Assembly: GCA_038042445.1 (NCBI GenBank)
Contig: JBBTED010000036.1
Location: forward strand, 21,743 to 34,520
Direction of reading: 5' to 3'
Length of the DNA: 12,778 bases
From: Candidatus Firestoneibacteriota bacterium
GTDB lineage: Bacteria > Oederibacteriota > D2-FULL-39-29 > JBBTED01
Shown here: positions 1 to 5,800 of the stretch, one piece after another
Position numbering within the stretch: position 1 is the first letter of the stretch
How the letters are laid out: each line of letters opens with the position of its first letter
Translations under genes and position numbers: made by a program
The notes under the pieces: generated by a model
Database searches by the model: none
Seen by the model: only the letters and a program-made list of their open reading frames with translations
Told to the model about the DNA's origin: nothing

Positions 1-129
1 GATGAAGAGTTAAGAAAACATATAAGTTATATTTTAAATAATTCAGTAAGAAAAGGGTTGGTTGATAACTGGGAGGATTATCTTTTTAAAGGGTCGTTGG
101 ATTTTGCGTTAGAAGAAATTATTGCATAA
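1..129 (+). mobile_element. 3' end of a REP-associated tyrosine transposase (RAYT, IS200/IS605 Y1 HUH family), truncated by the window start
   Basis: Frame 1 reads DEELRKHISYILNNSVRKGLVDNWEDYLFKGSLDFALEEIIA* (TAA 127-129). This resembles the RAYT C-terminal motif YIxxNPVxxGLVxxxxD(Y/W)xx(S), which includes the catalytic Tyr. A GTAG-type palindrome begins 4 nt after the stop. Only 42 codons are visible. Confidence 0.8.
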
Positions 130-133
130 AAAC

Positions 134-156
134 CGCAGGCTAAAGCCTGCGACTAC
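134..156 (-). repeat. REP palindrome copy 1 (GTAG-T-CGCAGGC-TTTA-GCCTGCG on the - strand), flanking the transposase
   Basis: + strand reads cgcaggc-taaa-gcctgcg-a-ctac: a 7-bp stem, 4-nt loop and GTAG foot on the - strand. The same unit recurs at 1842, 1894 and 2701. Confidence 0.85.
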
Positions 157-180
157 CAAGACAAAAATACAAATTTAAAA

Positions 181-456
181 ATGTTAAAAGAAAAAGATAA
201 AATAGGGCAGCATAAAAATGCTATTGGCAGGATTATTGAAGGGAATGCGTTTATTGTATTGCCTGAAAAAAATGTGTTGTGCAAAATTGATGAAACGGGG
301 ACTTTTATATGGCAGCAGTTGAATATTCCAAAGACTATAGAGGAATTAAAGATGGCTGTATGTGAAAACTTTGTGGTTGATGAAAAAACTGCGTATAAAG
401 ATTTAACGGATTTTATTGAATTATTGTTGGATAAGGAAATTTTAGAAATATTTTAA
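181..456 (+). CDS. PqqD-family peptide chaperone / stand-alone RiPP recognition element (RRE), 91 aa
   Basis: Size and pattern fit PqqD: three short beta strands (GRIIEGNAFIV..VLCKID), then ETGTFIWQQL..PKTIEEL...CENFVVDEKTAYKDLTDFIELLLDKEILE. It is adjacent to a radical SAM/SPASM gene. Confidence 0.9.
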   Translation: MLKEKDKIGQHKNAIGRIIEGNAFIVLPEKNVLCKIDETGTFIWQQLNIPKTIEELKMAVCENFVVDEKTAYKDLTDFIELLLDKEILEIF

Positions 457-461
457 AGACA

Positions 462-589
462 CTGGATTCCCGATTTGTCAGGCAAGATGCTTGACCTATT
501 GCATGTGGAAATGACACAAAAATGATTTTTTAACTTTTGTATGAATTATGATACAGTCGCAATTGCAAAATGGGGGTTATGAGACAATT
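462..589. repeat. Degenerate nested palindromic / REP / MITE-like remnants between the RRE and radical SAM genes
   Basis: An imperfect hairpin gtcaggca-aga-tgcttgac followed by ctat (477-499) sits between ctggattcccg (462-472) and ggaaatgac (507-515). Two related motifs, ttatgatacagtc (546-558) and ttatgagacaatt (577-589), follow. Each element is single-copy here, so the identity is tentative. Confidence 0.35.
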
Positions 590-598
590 TCTTAGGAT

Positions 599-1648
599 AT
601 GATTAAATTTGTTGAAGGAGAGCTTTGGGACGAGTTGCTTGAAGTTACACAGCAGAAAAACATACCTCTTTTTGCGATGTTAGAACTTACTTATGCTTGT
701 AATTTGAATTGTGTGCATTGTTACATACCGGATAAAAGCCATAATAATGATTTAACTACGGATGAAATAAAAAATATTATAGATGATTTGACAGATGCAG
801 GATGTATTTTTTTAACGCTAACAGGTGGAGAAGTATTTAAAAGGGATGATATTTGGGAGATACTGGAGTATGTGTATTTTAAAAAGTTTGCGTATCAGAT
901 TTTTACAAATGGTACATTTATTACAAATGAAGTAGTGGAAAAACTTAAAAATATTCATCCATGGGAAATAGGCATAAGCTTGTATAGTATGAACGAGGAT
1001 ATTCATAATAAAATAACAGGTGTGTCTGGATCTTTTAAAAAAACTGTCCAAAGCATACTAAATTTAAGAGAAAATAATATACCTGTTAGAATAAAAACAG
1101 TTTTAATGGAGCAAAATTTTGACGGGTATGAAGAAATACTAAAATTTGCTGATAAATTTGGAATAAAAGTGCATTTTGATTTTATCATTTCTCCTAAAAA
1201 CGATGGTGATAAATCACCTTTGAAATATAGGTTAAGTGAAGAAAAATATAAAATATTAATTTGTGATACAAGGATTTTTCCTGCGGAAAATGAGGCTAAA
1301 GAATCATCTAAAAAGGATAATATTTTGTGTCATGCAGGAAAAAATAGCTGTTCTATTTCTCCGTCTGGTGATGTGTATTCTTGTATTCAGATACCGGTAA
1401 AAGCTGGTAATATCAGAGAATCTTCATTTGTGGATATATGGAAAAATGGAAAAGTGTTAAATAAGATAAGAAAAATAACTGAAAATGAAGTTATATTATG
1501 TAATAATTGTTCTGTTGTTTCATATTGCAGTCGTTGTCCTGGACAGGCGTATATAGAAGATGGAAATATAAATGGACCGGCAAATATATTTTGTAGAATT
1601 GCAAAAATAAGGAAAGAGGAGGAAAAAATAAATGAAAGCAAAAATTAA
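599..1648 (+). CDS. Radical SAM/SPASM-domain peptide maturase (PqqE/AlbA-like), 349 aa
   Basis: CxxxCxxC motif (C34-NLN-C38-VH-C41), LTGGE, FTNGT and ISLYS..H...G..GSF core motifs. C-terminal SPASM cysteines: CHAG...GDVYSC...GNI...IW...CNNCSVVSYCSRCPG...C. Confidence 0.93.
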   Translation: MIKFVEGELWDELLEVTQQKNIPLFAMLELTYACNLNCVHCYIPDKSHNNDLTTDEIKNIIDDLTDAGCIFLTLTGGEVFKRDDIWEILEYVYFKKFAYQIFTNGTFITNEVVEKLKNIHPWEIGISLYSMNEDIHNKITGVSGSFKKTVQSILNLRENNIPVRIKTVLMEQNFDGYEEILKFADKFGIKVHFDFIISPKNDGDKSPLKYRLSEEKYKILICDTRIFPAENEAKESSKKDNILCHAGKNSCSISPSGDVYSCIQIPVKAGNIRESSFVDIWKNGKVLNKIRKITENEVILCNNCSVVSYCSRCPGQAYIEDGNINGPANIFCRIAKIRKEEEKINESKN

Positions 1649-1784
1649 AAAAGAAAAAAAAGTATATAAAAAGCCAAGCATAGTTTTTGAAAAAATATTT
1701 GAAACTTCTGCGCTTGCCTGTGGTAAATGTTCAAGTGGTCCTATTTCTCAGAAGGCTTGCAAGGGAAATCCAAAAACAAGTTGA
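1632..1784 (+). CDS. Putative RiPP precursor peptide, 50 aa: MKAKIKKEKKVYKKPSIVFEKIFETSALACGKCSSGPISQKACKGNPKTS (not in the ORF track)
   Basis: ATG 1632 to TGA 1782-1784, with AGGAGG at 1617-1622 (9 nt before the ATG) and a 17-nt overlap with the radical SAM gene. The Lys-rich leader carries YxxPxI, an RRE-binding-type motif, and the C-terminal part has three Cys (C30, C33, C43). Confidence 0.85.
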   Translation: MKAKIKKEKKVYKKPSIVFEKIFETSALACGKCSSGPISQKACKGNPKTS

Positions 1785-1809
1785 GAGGTTGTTCCATAAT
1801 TATGTTGTA

Positions 1810-1818
1810 TGGTATAAT
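1810..1818 (+). promoter_or_regulatory. Candidate extended -10 sigma-70 promoter (TGGTATAAT) upstream of the peptidase gene
   Basis: Exact TGnTATAAT at 1810-1818, with a weak -35 (TTGTTC, 1789-1794) 18 nt upstream. AT-rich context raises the chance of a random match. Confidence 0.45.
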
Positions 1819-1835
1819 TATCATTGTAAATTACA

Positions 1836-1922
1836 GTATTGGTAGCCGCAGGCTTTAGCCTGCGTATAGTACCAAGTCAGGCGGGAAAAAAATCGCAGGC
1901 TAAAGCCTGCGGCTACCAATAC
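1836..1922. repeat. Inverted REP doublet (REPIN/BIME-like): perfect 29-bp inverted repeats with a 29-bp spacer
   Basis: gtattggtagccgcaggctttagcctgcg (1836-1864) is the exact reverse complement of cgcaggctaaagcctgcggctaccaatac (1894-1922). Each arm has a GTAG foot and the internal 7-bp hairpin. Confidence 0.9.
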
Positions 1923-1962
1923 AAAATAAATACAAACCAATACATAACCAATACAAAATAAA

Positions 1963-2436
1963 TTGCAAAAAATGGAAAATCAAGAATTAAAACATAAATT
2001 AAAAAATGATGGGTATGCTTATATAAAGGTGCAGGGTGGAAGTATGCGGCCTTGGATAAAAAGTGGGAGTGTAGTTAAAGTGAATGCCATAGATACAGGT
2101 AGAATAAAAAGAGGAGATATTGTGTTGTATCAGGTGGAAGAACAATTTCTTGTGCATCGTGTTATAAAAATTCTTGTCCCTGCAAGTAGTAAGCAGGGAA
2201 ATAAATCTGAAAAAATATTTGTGATTGCAGGTGATAACAGGATAGATACTATAATTCATAAAATAAAAGAAGAACAGATTGTTGGTATAGTAAATTGTAG
2301 TTGCCGATTTATCGGCAAAAGTAGAATAAAGCGAATATTGGAATTATTTTTAGTTATGCCGATTCATTATATTTATATAATTGCGCGATTTATATGTTTG
2401 AATAAAAAATCCAATTCCCCCTTAGTCCCCCTTTAA
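1963..2436 (+). CDS. S24/S26-family peptidase (signal peptidase I-like, Ser/His type); start may be ATG 1972 rather than TTG 1963
   Basis: GGSMRP (catalytic Ser27), RGDIVLY, LVHRV (His65 at the general-base position), AGDNR and IVG boxes. There is no N-terminal membrane anchor, but a hydrophobic segment lies near the C-terminus. Confidence 0.85.
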   Translation: MQKMENQELKHKLKNDGYAYIKVQGGSMRPWIKSGSVVKVNAIDTGRIKRGDIVLYQVEEQFLVHRVIKILVPASSKQGNKSEKIFVIAGDNRIDTIIHKIKEEQIVGIVNCSCRFIGKSRIKRILELFLVMPIHYIYIIARFICLNKKSNSPLVPL

Positions 2437-2545
2437 TAAAGGGGGTAAAACCCTATTTCACTATGGAAATGATTCCATAGTGTATGGAAATGGTTCCATA
2501 GTTGTAGAGGTAAAATCCCCCTTAGTCCCCCTTTTTCAAAGGGGG
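2416..2545 (+). repeat. Two direct copies, exactly 100 bp apart, of a 30-bp hairpin repeat TCCCCCTTAGT-CCCCCTTT-NNN-AAAGGGGG
   Basis: Copies at 2416-2445 and 2516-2545 are identical except for the 3-nt loop (aat vs ttc) and have an 8-bp stem. The first copy supplies the last codons and stop of the peptidase ORF. Confidence 0.85.
2459..2502. promoter_or_regulatory. Tandem palindromes TATGGAA-N4-TTCCATA (x2, 21-bp period): candidate activator/operator sites
   Basis: Palindromes at 2462-2479 and 2483-2500; the first extends to cactatggaa-atga-ttccatagtg (2459-2482). They lie about 165-185 bp upstream of the predicted sigma-54 start site. The palindromes are certain; their function is inferred. 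Confidence 0.5.
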
Positions 2546-2627
2546 ATACAATTCATATGATTTGTCCTGATTTATCCTTTGTTTAAAAGGATTATTGAAG
2601 CAAAATAAAAAACATATTATGCAAAAG

Positions 2628-2644
2628 TTGGCACGATATTTGCA
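2628..2644 (+). promoter_or_regulatory. Sigma-54 (RpoN) -24/-12 promoter
   Basis: TTGGCACGATATTTGCA matches the consensus YTGGCACGRNNNTTGCW at every position, with correct GG-N10-GC spacing. It is oriented toward the giant ORF about 160 bp downstream. Confidence 0.85.
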
Positions 2645-2700
2645 TATAATATAGTAGTGGGGGAGAACTGTTTGGTAGTTGTAGTGGATTGAAAAAAAAT

Positions 2701-2729
2701 CGCAGGCTAAAGCCTGCGGTTACCAATAC
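2701..2729 (-). repeat. REP palindrome copy 4 (foot mutated to GTAA), right arm of a probably decayed doublet
   Basis: cgcaggctaaagcctgcggttaccaatac differs by one base from 1894-1922 and shares the upstream A-tract + t flank. ttggtagttgtag at 2672-2684 looks like a decayed left arm. Confidence 0.85.
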
Positions 2730-2763
2730 GTTTAGGATGACAAATATGACAAACCTGGTGAGA

Positions 2764-2792
2764 TTGACTTTTGGGGGAAATTGTATTATATT
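2764..2792 (+). promoter_or_regulatory. Candidate sigma-70 promoter TTGACT-N17-TATATT just upstream of the giant ORF
   Basis: -35 at 2764-2769 (5/6 match), 17-nt spacer, -10 at 2787-2792 (5/6 match). Confidence 0.55.
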
Positions 2793-2806
2793 ATATAGTA
2801 GAGGGT

Positions 2807-5800
2807 ATGAAAGTGAGAAATAAACTGTATTTCAAAGGTATATGTATTTCTTTTTTTCTTGCCTGGACAACTGTTCTGTTTGCAGGTACGAGAATTAAAA
2901 CAGTTGAGTATAGTTTTGGCAGTTATTACAGTGCTACTGATATTGCTACTGCTACTTCTTGGTCTCCTTCCAGTTTAACTTTATATATTCCAGAAAATAC
3001 AAGAACAATAAAATCCGCATATCTTGAATTTGAATGTAATACAATCGCAAATACAGCTGTTTCAAATATAGACATTATGTTTGATGCTGGTGCTTCTGCT
3101 TCTACTGTTCGTGATAGTATTACAGGAACTTATACTGCAATTACAGGTGAATGTATAAAAATTATTGCAAAAGCAGATGTAACGAGTTATTTAGCATCTG
3201 ATTTTGTTGGAACAACAAGCAAATTATATTCTGCATCAGTTACAGTTACAGGTCCTGGTACAAATGGTCATTCTTTAAAACTTTATATTACTTATGAATA
3301 TGGAGATACTTCAACAAGACAGATTAAAACTGTGAGATTTCCTCTTTTTTCTGATGTTAATATTGCAAGCAAATTAGCGGCAGTTGGAGCCGGAACTTAT
3401 AGTTTTACATACAATGCGGAAATCGCTGATTCAAATGTTGTTGTCCGTCAGCAGTGGTTTGAAATTCGTGGATACAGGCAATCCAGTGGTGTAGCTACAA
3501 ACAGTAGTATTAGTGTGAAGGTTCAAGGAGCAGTGACAGGTTCTAACACAATGACACTTCGCGGTGTATTAATTGACAGTTATGATTTTAGATTTCTTGA
3601 TCACCAGGGGAATACCGGTATTGAAGGATTTGCTATAAATACATCTCAGATTCTTGATATTACCAGAGTTCAGGGTAATACAAATTATTTGGGAGGAGAA
3701 TGTGTTGTTACTTATGAATATGATGATAGCTCTTTATGGAAAACAAAAACAGTCAGGTATTTTCTTGGACAGTTAATTAATGGTGGCGGTGGAAATATGA
3801 GCCAGAATATTTATTTGGGTGAATCTGGGATTGAAATTTTAAGAATGTATTCCCAGATTTATGGTTCTTTTGATTCAACAACAGCAACTAACTTACTTGT
3901 TGATTCATCTGTAAATGGATATTCTGTAACCCAAAGGGGATATTCATTACAAATAAGCGCTGCTTCTATATCAGGGTATACATTTTTCCACGATTTAGGA
4001 GAACAAAAAGCAAATTTTTTAAATGGCTCTCAGATTATTGTTGGAGTAAATAATGTTACAAATGCCGGTGGTCAGGGCACAGAACTTATAATCACTTACA
4101 AATATTCAGGTGAGTCTGCGGGCTATACAAATGATTACCGGGTTATTACAGGCCAGTCTGCAAATGGAACAGGCACAACATCCGCACAAACTTTTTCAGT
4201 ATATTTCCCAAGTTGGTATTCTCCACAGGATTTAGGTGTCCGAACTTTAAGAAGTTCGTGGTTTAGAGGAGATACTATAAGAAATGGCGCTACCGGCGAC
4301 CATACAACTACCCAGAATTTTAATGGTTTAAGTTCGCAGACAGTTACACATAGGACAGCAGTAGAATCATTTGCCGATTATGTCTTATATGGAAATGCAG
4401 GACAAATTACAACAAGCAGTGCTAATGCAACTGCTAATTATTCAATAAGTGTGAATACTGGAAGTTTTTCTGGTGTATCCGGAATTGTGTATACTTATGC
4501 AAAGCCACCAAATATTCCTACAAATTTAGCACAGTATAAATCTGATGGAACGACTTTAATTTCAACAGGGGTTTGGACAAATGAATCTACTGTTGTTTTG
4601 AAAATGACAATGACGAGTCCTCTGTCTTCTGATACTTTAACTCCGCAAATAGAAATTTTGCCTATTGGAACAGGTTTCACAGGAACACAAAATTATTCTG
4701 GTTCATTTGTGGCGTATTCAGGTTCTGGTGTTACAGGAACAGTGACAGTGACAGGACTTACTTCAGGAACGCAATATCACTGGCAGGCAAGAGTGTCTGG
4801 AACTAATGGTGTTGGTCCTTGGCAATCTTATCCAACACCTACTCCAAATGGTGAAGCAGAAGCAGATTTAGGAATTGATACGAGTAATCCCGGGATAACA
4901 GATACGCAAACAGGAGATGATACATGGAAGAATGTTTCTGGGACAGCATACAATGTTGATTTTTCTGATACAGGGAATTCGTTGTTATCTTATGCCCAGT
5001 ATACAGTATATTCAAATACAAATTTAACAGGGACAACTTTAAAAGATTGGACGAATATAGCGAGCAGTATAAATGCCTCTGATTATACGAATGATTGGGC
5101 TGTAGATTGGACGAGCTTACAACAAGGCACAAATTATGTGAGTGTTCGAGTGTATGATAATGCAGGGAATTGGGCAACACTTGTAGATCCGTTTTATATT
5201 AAAAAGGATGCAACAAATCCCGGTATAACAGATAATCAAACAGGAGATGATACATGGAAGAATGTTTCTGGGACAGCATACAACATAGATTTTAGTGACA
5301 CAGGGAATTCGTTGTTATCTTATGTACAATACACAGTATATTCAGGGGCAGGATTAACAGGTTCAACACTTAAAGACTGGACGAATATAGCGAGCAGTAT
5401 AAATGCGAATGATTACACAAATGATTGGCAGGTAGATTGGACAGCACTTCAACAAGGAACGAATTATGTATCAGTAAGAGTTTATGACAATGCAGGAAAT
5501 TCAGCAACACTTGTAGATCCATTTTATGTGAAGAAAGATACAACGAATCCTGTTATAACAGATCTTCAGACAGGAGATGATGTGTGGAAGAATGTTTCAG
5601 GAACGAGCTATAACATAGATTTTAGTGACACAGGAAATTCGTTATTATCTTATGCACAATACACAGTATATTCAAATACAAATTTAACAGGGACAACGTT
5701 AAAAGATTGGACGAATATAGCGAGTAGTATAAATGCGAGTGATTATACGACTGATTGGCAGGTAGATTGGGCGAGTTTACAACAAGGCACGAATTATGTA

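Noticed and set aside
818..1641. Three minus-strand ORFs (818-1051, 1003-1188, 1387-1641)
   Set aside because: They are antisense shadows inside the well-supported radical SAM gene and show no recognisable motifs.
181..1648. PQQ biosynthesis (pqqD/pqqE)
   Set aside because: No pqqB/pqqC are visible and the peptide lacks the PqqA E-x-x-x-Y core, so pqq gene symbols were not assigned.
1632..1784. Lasso peptide precursor or lipoprotein (LAC resembling a lipobox)
   Set aside because: There is no lasso cyclase or B2 protease in the window, no Asp/Glu acceptor in the core and no Thr at -2. There is also no hydrophobic h-region before the Cys.
1792..1812. TTCCATA/TATGG half-sites resembling the 2462-2500 palindromes
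   Set aside because: The half-sites are in everted orientation with different spacing and are likely chance matches in AT-rich DNA.
1999..2259. Minus-strand 86-aa ORF
   Set aside because: It is antisense to the S24/S26 peptidase, which has clear catalytic motifs.
2416..2545. Possible mini-CRISPR (two 30-bp hairpin repeats)
   Set aside because: There are only two copies, the 70-bp spacer is itself repetitive, the loops differ, and no cas genes are in the window.
2645..2650. TATAAT immediately after the sigma-54 -12 element
   Set aside because: No -35 hexamer at 16-18 nt and no TGn extension, so it is not called as a separate promoter.
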